DNA of 64,000 nt from the NCBI GenBank assembly GCA_964457375.1, contig CAYWFK010000005.1:14767-78766 (forward strand). The letters run 5' to 3'. Shown here in pieces: positions 17,498 to 28,469 of this stretch (its first letter is position 1; each line of letters opens with the position of its first letter). A program made the translations under genes and the position numbers. The notes under the pieces are model-generated. The model worked only from the letters and a program-made list of their open reading frames with translations. It did not search any database and was not told the DNA's origin. The stretch comes from an uncultured Anaerolineales bacterium (lineage in GTDB: Bacteria; Chloroflexota; Anaerolineae; Anaerolineales; UBA11858).

Positions 17498-20497
17498 ATG
17501 ACCAAACCACTAGATTTTCAATCGATCATCATGACCTTGCAGCATTACTGGGCAAAACAAGGCTGCATCATCCGTCAGCCATACCACACGGAAGTGGGCG
17601 CCGGAACGATGAATCCGGCCACTGCCCTGCGCGTTTTGGGTCCTGAACCCTGGAACGTGGCTTATGTCGAACCATCCATTCGTCCTGACGACGGCCGTTA
17701 TGGCGAAAACCCCAACCGTCTCAACCAGCACCACCAATTCCAGGTGATTCTCAAGCCCGACCCCGGCAACCCGCAGGAAATCTACCTGAACTCGTTGACA
17801 GCCCTGGGAATCGACCCGCGTCAGCATGATATCCGCTTCGTCGAAGACAACTGGGAATCTCCTGCTTTGGGTGCATGGGGGCTGGGATGGGAAGTCTGGC
17901 TGGACGGCCTGGAAATCACACAATTCACTTACTTCCAGCAAGCAGGCGGGCTCCCGCTGGAACCGGTATCGGTCGAACTCACGTATGGATTGGAACGGAT
18001 TGCAATGGCTTTGCAGGGCGTACGTGATTTCCGTGACATCCGGTGGAACGAGCGTTTTACGTACGGGGATATCTTTCTGCAAAGCGAACAGGAATTCAGC
18101 AAATATTCCTTCGAGCTTGCCGATGTCGAACGGCTGCGCCAACTTTACACGCTTTATGTTACCGAAGCGGAAACCTGCCTCGCAGAAAACCTGGTGCTGC
18201 CCGCCCATGATTATGTGCTGAAATGCTCTCAGGTTTTCAACCTGCTGGATACCCGCGGCGCAATTGGTGTTACAGAACGAGCGGACTTCTTCCGGCGGAT
18301 GCGCGGGCTTTCTCGCCGCGTTGCCCAGGCATATATCGGGAAGCGCGAAAAGTTGGGGTACCCGTGGCTGAAAACCAAAACAGCCGAAACAGATACCGGC
18401 AGCCCGGTTACTTTTCAGCAACCGGACAAGCCACTCTCCGCAGAGGCTCCCCTGCTGGTCGAAATCGGCACAGAAGAACTGCCGGCAAAAGATTTGGAGA
18501 ACGCACTTGTCCAGCTCCAAAACCGGGTTCCGGCGATGCTCGAAAACCTGCGGCTGACGCATGGCAAAATCAGCATTCTCGGCACACCGCGCCGCCTGGT
18601 GATTCACGTAGAAGCGCTGGCACCCCGGCAACCAAATCTGGAAAAAATCGTCAAAGGGCCCCCGGCAAACCGCGCCTTCGATGCCGATGGCAACCCGACG
18701 AAAGCAGCCGAAGGCTTTGCCCGCTCCAAAGGAATTTCAGCCGCCGAACTCAAGACGCGCAAAATCGATGGCGGGGAATATGTCGTCGCCCTCATTCAGG
18801 AAGACGGCAAACCCTCCGTGGAAGTACTTGCAAAAGCACTTCCCGAGCTAATCAAACGTCTTCAATTCAGCAAGACAATGCGCTGGGAACAATCAGGCAC
18901 TTATTTCTCCCGCCCCATCCGCTGGCTGCTGGCCATTCACGGAGAACACACGATTCCCTTCGAATTCGCCGGTTTGCATTCCGGAAATTACACCCGCGGG
19001 CTGCGTTTCTACCAACCAGAAAACTTCGAAATCCACCGCCCCGGCGATTATTTTTCAGCAATGCAATCGCAGGGAATCCAGCTCGACCCGGAACAACGCC
19101 GCCAAAGCGTCGAGGAACAAATCCAGGCTCTCGCACATGAAGTCAACGGAGAAATCGCTGCCGACCCCAGCCTGCTTTCGGAAGTAACCAATCTGGTCGA
19201 AGCCCCGACGGCTCTCCGCGGAGAATTCGAGGCGGAATACCTCGAACTTCCCCGTTACGTGCTCACCTCAGTGATGAAGAAACACCAGCGGTACTTCCCA
19301 ATCGAAAAAGACGGGAAACTCCTGCCTTACTTTATCACGATCCGCAATGGCGACGACAAGCATTTGGAACTCGTTCGCCAGGGAAACGCCGATGTAATTC
19401 GCGCCCGCTTTGCCGATGCAGCGTATTTCGTGCGTGAAGATGTCAAAAAACCGCTGGAATCTTATGTCGCCAAACTCGATAAACTCACCTTCCACACCAA
19501 ACTGGGCTCGATGCTGGATAAAACCAAACGGCTCGAAAAACTCGTTACGGTTCTGGGAACTCAACTCAACCTGACCGCGGAAGAAAACCAAACCGCTGTC
19601 CGCGCCGCCCATTTGTGCAAAGCGGACCTGGCTACTCAAATGGTCATCGAAATGACATCTCTGCAAGGCTTGATGGGCAGAGACTATGCCCTGAAATCCG
19701 GGGAACCCGAAGCGGTTGCTACCGCTATTTTCGAGCACTACCTGCCGCGTTCCGCCAATGATATCTTTCCCCAAACCCTTCCCGGGTTGGCATTGGGCGC
19801 TGCCGACCGGCTCGACTCACTCGTCGGGTTGTTCGCCGCCGGTGCCGTCCCCACAGGGAACAAAGACCCCTTCGCCCAAAGACGCAGCGCAATGGGGCTT
19901 GTGCTCAATTTGATCCACTGGAATCTTGATTTCGACCTGCGGAAGGCAATCGATATGGCAGCTGCCTATTTACCTGTCGAAGCCACCGAAGAAACCAGGG
20001 CAACCTGTCTCAACTTCATCACCGAACGCCTGAGAAACATCCTCCTCGAACAGGGAAACAAACACGATGTCATCGATGCTGTTCTGGCTGTTCAGGGGCA
20101 CAACCCGGCACGGGCAGCCGCTGCGGTCAAATCCCTTGGCCAATGGGTAGTGCGCCAGGACTGGGAAAAAATACTCCCGGAATACGCACGCTGTGTCCGT
20201 ATTACCCGCAGCCTCGACCGGGAATACCTGCTGGAAAAATCCCTGTTTCAGGACAAAGCTGAGAAAGAACTCTACCAGGCACTGGTTACCGCCGCAAAGA
20301 CCCAGCGGGCGGAAGGCTCTGTGGATGATTTCCTGCAAGCCTTCCTGCCTATGATTCCTGCCATCAGGAACTTTTTCGACAAAGTTCTGGTCATGACCGA
20401 CGACCAGAAAACCCGTGAAAACCGTCTGGCACTTCTCCAGCGCATTGTCTCTCTCGCAGACGGCGTCGCAGATTTATCCCGGCTCGAAGGCTTTTGA
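17498..20497 (+). CDS. glyQS: Glycine--tRNA ligase, fused alpha (GlyQ) and beta (GlyS) subunits
   Basis: Start refined to the ATG at 17498 ([23 protein letters not shown]..., the canonical GlyQ N-terminus). After about 290 aa and a 25-aa linker, the same ORF continues with the GlyS N-terminus [13 protein letters not shown]. 999 aa with no stop or frameshift. Confidence 0.95.
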   Translation: MTKPLDFQSIIMTLQHYWAKQGCIIRQPYHTEVGAGTMNPATALRVLGPEPWNVAYVEPSIRPDDGRYGENPNRLNQHHQFQVILKPDPGNPQEIYLNSLTALGIDPRQHDIRFVEDNWESPALGAWGLGWEVWLDGLEITQFTYFQQAGGLPLEPVSVELTYGLERIAMALQGVRDFRDIRWNERFTYGDIFLQSEQEFSKYSFELADVERLRQLYTLYVTEAETCLAENLVLPAHDYVLKCSQVFNLLDTRGAIGVTERADFFRRMRGLSRRVAQAYIGKREKLGYPWLKTKTAETDTGSPVTFQQPDKPLSAEAPLLVEIGTEELPAKDLENALVQLQNRVPAMLENLRLTHGKISILGTPRRLVIHVEALAPRQPNLEKIVKGPPANRAFDADGNPTKAAEGFARSKGISAAELKTRKIDGGEYVVALIQEDGKPSVEVLAKALPELIKRLQFSKTMRWEQSGTYFSRPIRWLLAIHGEHTIPFEFAGLHSGNYTRGLRFYQPENFEIHRPGDYFSAMQSQGIQLDPEQRRQSVEEQIQALAHEVNGEIAADPSLLSEVTNLVEAPTALRGEFEAEYLELPRYVLTSVMKKHQRYFPIEKDGKLLPYFITIRNGDDKHLELVRQGNADVIRARFADAAYFVREDVKKPLESYVAKLDKLTFHTKLGSMLDKTKRLEKLVTVLGTQLNLTAEENQTAVRAAHLCKADLATQMVIEMTSLQGLMGRDYALKSGEPEAVATAIFEHYLPRSANDIFPQTLPGLALGAADRLDSLVGLFAAGAVPTGNKDPFAQRRSAMGLVLNLIHWNLDFDLRKAIDMAAAYLPVEATEETRATCLNFITERLRNILLEQGNKHDVIDAVLAVQGHNPARAAAAVKSLGQWVVRQDWEKILPEYARCVRITRSLDREYLLEKSLFQDKAEKELYQALVTAAKTQRAEGSVDDFLQAFLPMIPAIRNFFDKVLVMTDDQKTRENRLALLQRIVSLADGVADLSRLEGF

Positions 20498-20524
20498 TCC
20501 CCGCCAGCCAATACCTGACACGAC

Positions 20525-20556
20525 AAAACGGCAAGTACCCCTTGCCGTTTTTTTCT
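20525..20556 (+). terminator. Rho-independent terminator after glyQS
   Basis: Stem AAAACGGCAAG/CTTGCCGTTTT with loop TACCC, followed by a T-run. Confidence 0.8.
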
Positions 20557-20633
20557 TGCCAACAACTGCACCCCGCAGCAACAAACACGCCGGTTTTCGA
20601 ATCCCCGTCCTCTTCCGCTTTCATCACTTGACG

Positions 20634-20649
20634 AATATTGTACAATATT
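20634..20649. promoter_or_regulatory. Perfect 16-bp palindrome AATATTGTACAATATT (candidate operator) next to TTGACG
   Basis: Exact dyad symmetry. It directly abuts a TTGACG hexamer (20628-20633) and contains TACAAT/TATTAA -10-like hexamers. It lies 75 nt upstream of the first beta-helix gene. Confidence 0.5.
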
Positions 20650-20723
20650 AATAACACAAGACCAGCAAAGCCGCCCACACGCATGTAATTTGTTCTTTGT
20701 TTCGACGGGATGAGGAGTGAGAG

Positions 20724-22316
20724 ATGTTGTTTAACAAGTTCAAATACTTCCTGCTTGCCTTGTTTTCCGGATGGTTCCTTGCAATTATTCTTCTGATAAC
20801 CCTGTCGCTCCCAAACCGGGTCGGAAAAGCCGCCTCGTCGAAACTGTTTGCTTCTCCTGTCGGAAGCGGCAATGCCTGCACACAATCAACACCTTGTCCA
20901 TTGTCCACCGCCTTGAACATCGCCGCAAATGACGATACCATTTATCTCTCTCAGGGAGTTTACACCGGCACAGGATTTGCGGTTGTGCAAATCACCAAAA
21001 CGGTCTCTCTCCTTGGCGGTTGGAACGGTGCACCCGCAGGACCCATCCTGCGCGACCCGCAATACTACCCCAGCCGGCTGGATGGCGAAAATACACGTCA
21101 GGTCATTATCATTTCAGGGAATGTTACCCCCACCCTGGACGGGCTTCGAATCGAACACGGTTCGGCAAATTCAGGAGGGGGCATCTATGTTCCCAGGGCC
21201 AATCTCATCATCGAAAATTGCATCATTGCCAACAACTACGCCAAATCAGGCGGGGGAGTTTATTTTTACCAGTCCAATTTTGTGCAGATAAAGAACAGCC
21301 GCATTTACAGTAATACCGCCGGCGTCAGCATCGGTGGCGGTCTGTACACCTACCAAAGCGGCAAAGTATCCTTGACAGGCAACGAAATTTACAGCAACTC
21401 TGCACCCATTGCCGGAGGCATGTATATCAGTCTGATCAATCATGCATCCCTGACCAATAACCGGATTTACGGGAACACCTCATCAGGGTCAGCATGGAGC
21501 AATGGCGGCGGACTGATGTTATCCCAGAACCCGAACATTACCCTGACTAACAACCATATCCAAAACAATACCGCGGATAAATTTGGCGGCGGTGTATTTG
21601 ACTATCAATCCGGTTTGGTGCTCAAAGGGAATTTGATTTCCGGCAACAAAGCCGCTTACGGAGGCGGCATTTACCTTCAAGCGCCGGGAGACCACCCCAT
21701 TCCCATCGATGCGAATACCATTACCGGTAACTATGCACAATATCTGGGGGGAGGGGCTTACCTGTATGGCGCAATGACAACGACAATGACAATGACGAAC
21801 AATATCGTCGCCGATAACAAAACAGATATCGATGGTTCAGGTATTTACATCAAAGGAATCGTTCCCAGGTTGATTTACAATACCATCGCCCGCAACACCG
21901 GCGGCAACGCCGCCGGCATATCCCTGAGCAGCGCCGGCGTATTGCTTACCAACACCATCATTACCAGCCAAACCATCGGCATTCTTGTTCCCGGCGGATG
22001 CACCGGCACACTGCAAGCCACCTTGTGGGGCAGCGGCGCCTGGGCAAACGAAAAAGACTGGGACGGAACAGGGACCATCCTGACAGGAACAATCAACATT
22101 TGGGGAAACCCGGATTTTGCCAATCCGGATGCAGGAAACTATCACATTGGCAATCACTCCGCAGCCATCGATGCGGGGATCGATACCGGTATCCCCACAG
22201 ACATCGACGGGGATCTCCGTCCGCTCGGGTCAGGATTTGATCTTGGTGCCGATGAACACACCATCGAACACAAGATTTACCTGCCCCTGACCCTTAGAAA
22301 TCATTCCCCCTATTAA
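20724..22316 (+). CDS. Secreted/anchored right-handed parallel beta-helix repeat protein (Pmp-like GGxIY repeats, choice-of-anchor-like C-terminal module)
   Basis: N-terminal signal/anchor helix. At least 9 repeats of the form N.I..N.A...GGG(I/V/L)Y. C-terminal DIDGDLRPLGSGFDLGADE, then the tail HKIYLPLTLRNHSPY. Confidence 0.85.
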   Translation: MLFNKFKYFLLALFSGWFLAIILLITLSLPNRVGKAASSKLFASPVGSGNACTQSTPCPLSTALNIAANDDTIYLSQGVYTGTGFAVVQITKTVSLLGGWNGAPAGPILRDPQYYPSRLDGENTRQVIIISGNVTPTLDGLRIEHGSANSGGGIYVPRANLIIENCIIANNYAKSGGGVYFYQSNFVQIKNSRIYSNTAGVSIGGGLYTYQSGKVSLTGNEIYSNSAPIAGGMYISLINHASLTNNRIYGNTSSGSAWSNGGGLMLSQNPNITLTNNHIQNNTADKFGGGVFDYQSGLVLKGNLISGNKAAYGGGIYLQAPGDHPIPIDANTITGNYAQYLGGGAYLYGAMTTTMTMTNNIVADNKTDIDGSGIYIKGIVPRLIYNTIARNTGGNAAGISLSSAGVLLTNTIITSQTIGILVPGGCTGTLQATLWGSGAWANEKDWDGTGTILTGTINIWGNPDFANPDAGNYHIGNHSAAIDAGIDTGIPTDIDGDLRPLGSGFDLGADEHTIEHKIYLPLTLRNHSPY

Positions 22317-22404
22317 ACATTCCGCCGGCAACCAATCCCAACCACACAACCCGGTATCAAGCACCATACCCAAACAAAGGTACAAACCATCCGGAGGTTT
22401 CTCC

Positions 22405-24612
22405 ATGAAAGTCCGACATATCCTTGTCAGCGTATTTTTCGGCATCACATTGACGGTCAGCATGCTTTTCATCCTGCACGAGTCCGGTGTGCGCGCTGCC
22501 CCCAACGCAACCATCCGATATGTTCAAGGGACAATTGGAACCGATATCGGGAACAATTGCAGCAACTCGCAAATCCCGTGCAAAACCATCCATCATGCGC
22601 TCATCCAGGCTCAGGAAGGAGACACCATCCGGGTTGCCAACACGACCGCACCGGAAAAATACAAAGAACGGATCACCATTCAAAAGTCCGTCATTTTGCA
22701 GGGAGGATGGAACGCCACCGTTTCAGGCTCCGCAATCCTCTGGAATCGCCCGACCCCCTGTGAAGCCTCGCGCACGATTATCGACGCAGAAAAGAAAGGA
22801 CGCGTCATCACCATCAGCGATTTCAAAAACCCGACCATCGATTGTTTCGTCATTGCTCACGGCAACACAGCGCTGCTTGGCGGCGGTATTTACGGAAACT
22901 ACACCAGCCCAACTATCATCAACAACATTATCATCAACAATTCGGGGACGACGACCGACGCGCTTCATTTTGCAGCCGGTGGCGGAATTTACTTGACATA
23001 CGGACAAGGCACAACGGTAATCAGCGGGAACCTGATTACCGACAACTCCGGCAACGCTGCCGGCGGAGGCAGAGGCGGCGGTATCGACTTGTATGCCACG
23101 GATGCACAAATTCTTTCCAACACAATTAAAAACAACCTGGCGGGAAAAGACGGCTACGGCGGCGGGATTACAGTCCGCGGAGGGAAAACCACGATTGCCT
23201 ACAACTCGATTACCCACAATACAGGCAGCAGGCAAAGAACCGGCGCCGGCGGCGGTATTTACGCAATCGGAATTGAAGCAAACAGCGCGCTCACCATCGT
23301 CAACAATCTCATCGACAACAACATTGCCATCAATGGTCCCATCAGTGCCGGATTATCCGGCAGGGGCGGAGGTATTTACATCAAAAATTATTCCCATGGC
23401 ATTATTCAGGGGAACACCTTCAATAAGAACACCGCCGCAAAAAACGGCGCCGGTACATTCTTGCCTTCCGGCAACGGCGGCGGGCTATACCTTGAAAACG
23501 CCCAGGCAATCCCCATTGAAAACAACACCTTCGAGGGGAACATCGGCGGATACAATTTCGACGGGAACGGCGGTGGCGCTTACATCTACCAGAGCGGCAT
23601 CCTGTTTTCCGGCAATCGCCTGACGGGGAATTCCGCCACCTGGACAGGCAGTCAGGGAATCGGCGGCGGAATCATCATCCACGACAGCACCGTGCAAGTC
23701 ATCAGCAATGTCATCGAAAGCAACTTTGCCGCCGGTTATGCGGGTTCCACAACTATCTATCAGGGAATCGGCGGCGGCATTGTCATTTCCAACAGCACCG
23801 CCACTTTGCGCAGCAACCAAATCCTGAGCAACACGACAACCAACAGCATCTCCGGCACACTGGGTTCAGGCGGGGGAATCGACAGCATTTCCAGCACGTT
23901 GATCATTCAGGAAAATACAATCGCCAACAACAATGCCAATGCCTGGAAAGTCAGCGTTGGCGGCGGTTTGTACCTTTACAATTCGGTGTTCACGCTGGAA
24001 GGAAACCGGATTACCGGAAACACTGCTTTCGGGAACCAGTGGGGCAGAGGCGGCGGCATCCGTCTGGCAATTTGCCCCGCATTCACCATCACGAACAATA
24101 TCATCGCCAAAAACAGTTCCGGTGAACTGGGCAGCGGGATAGGCAGTTTCAACAGCACGGGCAAAATCATTCATAATACGATTGCCGAAAACACCCAAGG
24201 CGATGGTACAGGGATTTATCTGGACCACGGGCCCGGCAGCATAACACTGGCCAACAACATCATCGTCAGCCAGACTGTCGGCATCTCGGTTACTGCCGGC
24301 AGCACCGTAACGATAAACGCCACCCTGTGGGGAGCCGGTACGTGGGCAAACACTCACGACTGGTTCGGCTCAGGAACGATTATCACCGGAACAATCAATC
24401 TTTGGGGAAACCCGTCGTTCGTCAATCCCGCGAACCTTGATTACCACATTGCATTGAATTCAGCAGCGCTGGATAGCGGTGTAAACGCAGGCCTCCGCAG
24501 GGATATCGACGGAGACTACCGCCCGATGGGTTTTGGCTACGATATTGGCGCTGACGAGGTCCACCAGAAGATTTACTTGTTCCTGCCGCTGACCTCGAAA
24601 AATCATCCGTAA
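22405..24612 (+). CDS. Secreted/anchored right-handed parallel beta-helix repeat protein, paralog of 20724..22316
   Basis: GGAGG RBS. N-terminal signal. Many GGGIY-type beta-helix repeats. The C-terminal module is nearly identical to its neighbour (ATLWGAGTWAN..DW.G.GTI.TGTIN.WGNP.F.NP...DIDGDYRPMGFGYDIGADE), followed by the tail QKIYLFLPLTSKNHP. Confidence 0.85.
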   Translation: MKVRHILVSVFFGITLTVSMLFILHESGVRAAPNATIRYVQGTIGTDIGNNCSNSQIPCKTIHHALIQAQEGDTIRVANTTAPEKYKERITIQKSVILQGGWNATVSGSAILWNRPTPCEASRTIIDAEKKGRVITISDFKNPTIDCFVIAHGNTALLGGGIYGNYTSPTIINNIIINNSGTTTDALHFAAGGGIYLTYGQGTTVISGNLITDNSGNAAGGGRGGGIDLYATDAQILSNTIKNNLAGKDGYGGGITVRGGKTTIAYNSITHNTGSRQRTGAGGGIYAIGIEANSALTIVNNLIDNNIAINGPISAGLSGRGGGIYIKNYSHGIIQGNTFNKNTAAKNGAGTFLPSGNGGGLYLENAQAIPIENNTFEGNIGGYNFDGNGGGAYIYQSGILFSGNRLTGNSATWTGSQGIGGGIIIHDSTVQVISNVIESNFAAGYAGSTTIYQGIGGGIVISNSTATLRSNQILSNTTTNSISGTLGSGGGIDSISSTLIIQENTIANNNANAWKVSVGGGLYLYNSVFTLEGNRITGNTAFGNQWGRGGGIRLAICPAFTITNNIIAKNSSGELGSGIGSFNSTGKIIHNTIAENTQGDGTGIYLDHGPGSITLANNIIVSQTVGISVTAGSTVTINATLWGAGTWANTHDWFGSGTIITGTINLWGNPSFVNPANLDYHIALNSAALDSGVNAGLRRDIDGDYRPMGFGYDIGADEVHQKIYLFLPLTSKNHP

Positions 24613-24784
24613 GGCAAAACTCGATTCGCAGAACACGCACGGGCGAAAAACACGCCGCTCGACCGGCATGCGCAACGCCACAGAAAAGCGCCATACCTTA
24701 TGACGGTTTCCGTTCAGTCTCGCCGGGTTCGGACAAACCAAACCGGCATGCACAGACTTTCCGAAAGCTATCCTTTCCGTACAA

Positions 24785-24813
24785 TTGCCAATCTGACCAA
24801 CCAAGTCTATAAT
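24785..24813 (+). promoter_or_regulatory. Sigma70-type promoter (TTGCCA-17 nt-TATAAT) for dnaG-rpoD
   Basis: -35 TTGCCA at 24785-24790, 17-nt spacer, consensus -10 TATAAT at 24808-24813. It lies about 77 nt upstream of the dnaG ATG. Confidence 0.6.
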
Positions 24814-24839
24814 TCAATCGTCCCGGCAAACAAAATCAC

Positions 24840-24893
24840 ATGGACAAACAAACAATAACCAATCCATCAACGCGGACTTTCGAGAAAAAATGA
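24840..24893 (+). other. 17-codon upstream ORF overlapping the dnaG start (ATGA)
   Basis: ATG at 24840, product [17 protein letters not shown]. Its stop TGA at 24891-24893 overlaps the dnaG ATG at 24890-24892. No clear SD, so it may be fortuitous. Confidence 0.25.
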
Positions 24894-26809
24894 GCACCAT
24901 TGATGAAATCAAGGCACGCATAGACATCGTCGATTTGGTCGGAGAGAGCGTCCAGCTGCGCAAATCAGGGAAGAATTATTTGGGATTCTGCCCCTTCCAT
25001 GCCAACACGCGCACCCCGGCTTTCGTCGTCTTTCCTGATACGGGCACGTGGCGTTGTTTCGGGGAATGCAACGAAGGCGGGGATATTTTCAAGTTCGTCA
25101 TGAAAAAAGAGGGGATGGATTTTCCCGAAGCACTACAAGTTCTGGCGCAAAAAGCCGGTGTCGTCCTGCGGCAGGCAACCCCGCAGGAAAAAGAGAAAGA
25201 AGAAAAAAACGAAAGGCTGCGTATTCTGCTGGAAGACGCACTTTCATACTACCGCCATTATTTGTTCAATACCGCCGCCGGGAAATCCGCTTTGACCTAC
25301 CTGAAAGAAAAACGCGGCCTGACCAGCGAAACCATCGAGCTTTTTGGCCTCGGGTACGCCCCCGCCGGCTGGAATCATGCCACAGACCACTTCCGGGAAA
25401 GCGGGTATACCATCGAAGACCTGGTAGGCGCAGGGCTTGTCAGCCAGCGGGATGACGGCTCGATTTACGATCGCTTCCGCAACCGCATCATGATTCCCAT
25501 TCGGGATGCCAGCGGCAAAATGACGGGGTTCGGCGCCCGTATCCTCGACCCGAACGACCAGCCGAAGTTTCTCAACTCACCGCAAACTGCGCTCTTCGAC
25601 AAAAGCAGCCTGCTCTACGGACTTGACCGCGCACGCAAGTCAATTCGCAGCGAAGACAGGGTCATCATTGTGGAAGGATACTTCGATGTCATCCTGCCGC
25701 ATCAGTGCGGGTTCACCAATGTCGTTTCTCCTATGGGCACAGCACTCACGGAACAACAATTCCGGCAGCTCAAACGCTACTCCCGCCGGATGGTGCTGGC
25801 AATGGATCCGGATGCCGCCGGTGATAAAGCCGTCCTGCGCGGGATCGAAATCGCCCGCGAAAGCCTCGACCACACAATCGAGCCTGCCTTCGACCCCCGC
25901 GGTCTTCTCCGCTATGAAGCACGCCTGAACGCCGATATCCGCGTGACCACACTGCCGGAAGGGCTTGATCCGGACGAGGTCGTTCTCCGCAACCCCGATG
26001 AATGGAAATCCCTGATCGAAGGTGCCAAGCCAATTGTCGTCCATGTCATGGAAACCCTGACAGCCGGAAAGAATATCGACGATGCCAAAGTCAAAAGTCA
26101 AATTGCCGAAACCGTACTGCCCCTTATCGAAGACATTCCGAACGCCATCGAAAGAGATACTTACCGGCAGCGTTTGGCTCGCTTGCTGCACATCGACGAA
26201 AACACACTCCAGCGTACTGTCGTCCGGACGCACACCCGCACGGTAAAACGCCCCCCCATCGAAAAACGCCGCAAAAGCCAGCCGGCTGCCAAGACAGAAA
26301 CACCCCGGGCTTCAGGCAGCCTGCGTGCAAACTTTTTCCTGAGTATCCTCATGCGCCAACCGGAAAATATCTATTATGTCAACCGTAAGCTGCGCGAAGC
26401 CGGTCTGGAGCAAATTTCCGTAAAGGACTTTCAGGACAGCACACACCAAGCCATTTTCCGCCTGATTCGAAAATCCACACGGCAAAACCAAACGGAGCCG
26501 CTCGATTTCGTTCAAAACAACCTTGAAGAACCACTCATCAGTATCGCAGACTCAATTCTCGCACTAACCGCCAAATATAATTTGGAAGAAAAAGAGCTGT
26601 TATCCGACCTAATTCGCGCTATAATCAAACTCCGGGAAGAATATTTAAAACAACAGTTTCAATATCTGCACTTCCTGCAACTCGAAGCCCAGGAAAAAGG
26701 TGATTTAAAAGCCTCGGAATATCAGAAAACAACCGCCGAATACATGTTCATGCTCAACCGACTCCAATCTGCCTACGAACACATCACCAACAAGCACAAG
26801 TCCACTTAG
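24890..26809 (+). CDS. dnaG: DNA primase
   Basis: 639 aa with an N-terminal zinc ribbon ([14 protein letters not shown]...WRCFGEC), a TOPRIM core (IIVEGYFDV) and a C-terminal helicase-interaction region. Confidence 0.95.
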   Translation: MSTIDEIKARIDIVDLVGESVQLRKSGKNYLGFCPFHANTRTPAFVVFPDTGTWRCFGECNEGGDIFKFVMKKEGMDFPEALQVLAQKAGVVLRQATPQEKEKEEKNERLRILLEDALSYYRHYLFNTAAGKSALTYLKEKRGLTSETIELFGLGYAPAGWNHATDHFRESGYTIEDLVGAGLVSQRDDGSIYDRFRNRIMIPIRDASGKMTGFGARILDPNDQPKFLNSPQTALFDKSSLLYGLDRARKSIRSEDRVIIVEGYFDVILPHQCGFTNVVSPMGTALTEQQFRQLKRYSRRMVLAMDPDAAGDKAVLRGIEIARESLDHTIEPAFDPRGLLRYEARLNADIRVTTLPEGLDPDEVVLRNPDEWKSLIEGAKPIVVHVMETLTAGKNIDDAKVKSQIAETVLPLIEDIPNAIERDTYRQRLARLLHIDENTLQRTVVRTHTRTVKRPPIEKRRKSQPAAKTETPRASGSLRANFFLSILMRQPENIYYVNRKLREAGLEQISVKDFQDSTHQAIFRLIRKSTRQNQTEPLDFVQNNLEEPLISIADSILALTAKYNLEEKELLSDLIRAIIKLREEYLKQQFQYLHFLQLEAQEKGDLKASEYQKTTAEYMFMLNRLQSAYEHITNKHKST

Positions 26810-26825
26810 GATCCGGCAAAAAGCG

Positions 26826-28436
26826 ATGACGAAAGAAGTAACTTCCGCGCATCCCCCAAACGAAGAAATGAAAAACCTGGAAACGGGTTTGTTCGATATG
26901 AACGACAAACTGGCGCTTGATGACGTCGAACAAGTCCTCACCCAAATTAGCGAACCCCTTCCTGAGAAGGACATCGACGAGAACCTGAAAACCGAAAAAG
27001 CCAGGGTAACCGCCGAAACAAAAAAAGCAGCAGAAGAAACCGTTCCTGAATCTGCCATTCTGGCACAGGTCAGTGATGATCCGGTGCACCTGTATTTGAA
27101 AGACATCGGCGCTATCGAACTGCTCAAAATCGACCACGAATTTTGGCTTGCCACACGGATATATACCATCCGCCATCTGGAAATGCTCAAAACCCAGCAT
27201 CCCCTTGCACTGCGCGGAGATGGCTCGGAAAGCGGGCTGTTCAGGGCACTTTACGAAGAAATGAAAACCGCGTGGAAACGTGTCGGCGAAGACACCAAAC
27301 GCCTGAACTTCAACCTCCCCGACCTGCTGATGATTATCCCCGAAGCCCGCATGCTGCGCACAACCTGGAAATGTGACTTCCCGTCCTATTTGCGCGGCTA
27401 TCTGGATAACGGCCTTTGGGGGAAAGATACCTTTTGGGATGGTGTCGCAAAAAATGCCTTCATCGTTTTCGCTTCGCTGTATGCCATGCCCGAATCAACC
27501 CGCACCAAACTCGAAAATTATTACAAGAAAAAGGGAACGTTTCCGTCCCGCCACACATTCACCCGTTACCTGCCATCCGATGCGGTACTGCATGAAGAAC
27601 TGCTGACTCTCCGCCAGCTATCCCGCGAAGCTTACGACGCCATCATACGTGCCAACTTACGGTTGGTCGTCAGCATTGCCAAGCGGTATGTTGGCAGGGG
27701 TAGTAATTTTCTGGACCTGATACAAGAAGGAAACATCGGTCTGTTAAAAGCCGTTTCCAAATTCGACCCGACCCGCGGCTACAAATTCAGCACCTACGCC
27801 ACATGGTGGATTCGGCAATCCATCAGCCGTTCGATAGCCGACCAGGCACGCACAATCCGCATTCCCGTGCATGTTTTCGAAACGATCAACAAACTGGTCA
27901 GCTTGCAGCGCGAGCTCACGCAGAAATTCGGGCGCAACCCCACCTATGAAGAACTTGCCCTCGAAGCCGGTTTTCTCAACGAGAGCGATGTCAAGATTAT
28001 CAAACAAGCCGACAAAGCCGGCACTCCGGTTCCGCCGGATGTCAAACGCCGGCTGCGGCGGGCAGCATCCAGAGTGATCAACACTTTGCGAATAGCCGAG
28101 GAACCCGTTTCCCTTGACAGCCCCGTCGGGAAAGAAGACAACAGCCAACTGGGCGACTTCATCGAAGACGAAAGCGCCCTGGCGCCTATGGATGCCGCAG
28201 CACGCGAAATGCTCCGCGAACAAGTGCGCAACGCTCTTGCTGTGCTTTCCGAACGTGAACGTCAGGTTCTGGAATTGCGCTTTGGTTTGCTGGACGGTAA
28301 AGACCATACCCTCGAAGAAGTCGGGGCTTATTTCGACGTAACCCGCGAACGCATCCGCCAAATCGAAGCCAAGGCATTGAGAAAACTTCGCCACCCCACA
28401 CGAAGCAGACCGCTCAGAGACTATCTTTCGAGCTAA
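26826..28436 (+). CDS. rpoD: RNA polymerase primary sigma factor (sigma-70 family)
   Basis: Regions 1.2 to 4.2 are present ([63 protein letters not shown]). Conserved dnaG-rpoD linkage. Confidence 0.95.
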   Translation: MTKEVTSAHPPNEEMKNLETGLFDMNDKLALDDVEQVLTQISEPLPEKDIDENLKTEKARVTAETKKAAEETVPESAILAQVSDDPVHLYLKDIGAIELLKIDHEFWLATRIYTIRHLEMLKTQHPLALRGDGSESGLFRALYEEMKTAWKRVGEDTKRLNFNLPDLLMIIPEARMLRTTWKCDFPSYLRGYLDNGLWGKDTFWDGVAKNAFIVFASLYAMPESTRTKLENYYKKKGTFPSRHTFTRYLPSDAVLHEELLTLRQLSREAYDAIIRANLRLVVSIAKRYVGRGSNFLDLIQEGNIGLLKAVSKFDPTRGYKFSTYATWWIRQSISRSIADQARTIRIPVHVFETINKLVSLQRELTQKFGRNPTYEELALEAGFLNESDVKIIKQADKAGTPVPPDVKRRLRRAASRVINTLRIAEEPVSLDSPVGKEDNSQLGDFIEDESALAPMDAAAREMLREQVRNALAVLSERERQVLELRFGLLDGKDHTLEEVGAYFDVTRERIRQIEAKALRKLRHPTRSRPLRDYLSS

Positions 28437-28469
28437 CCCTGCATCGATACCCTTCCAAAGGAGAAAAAC

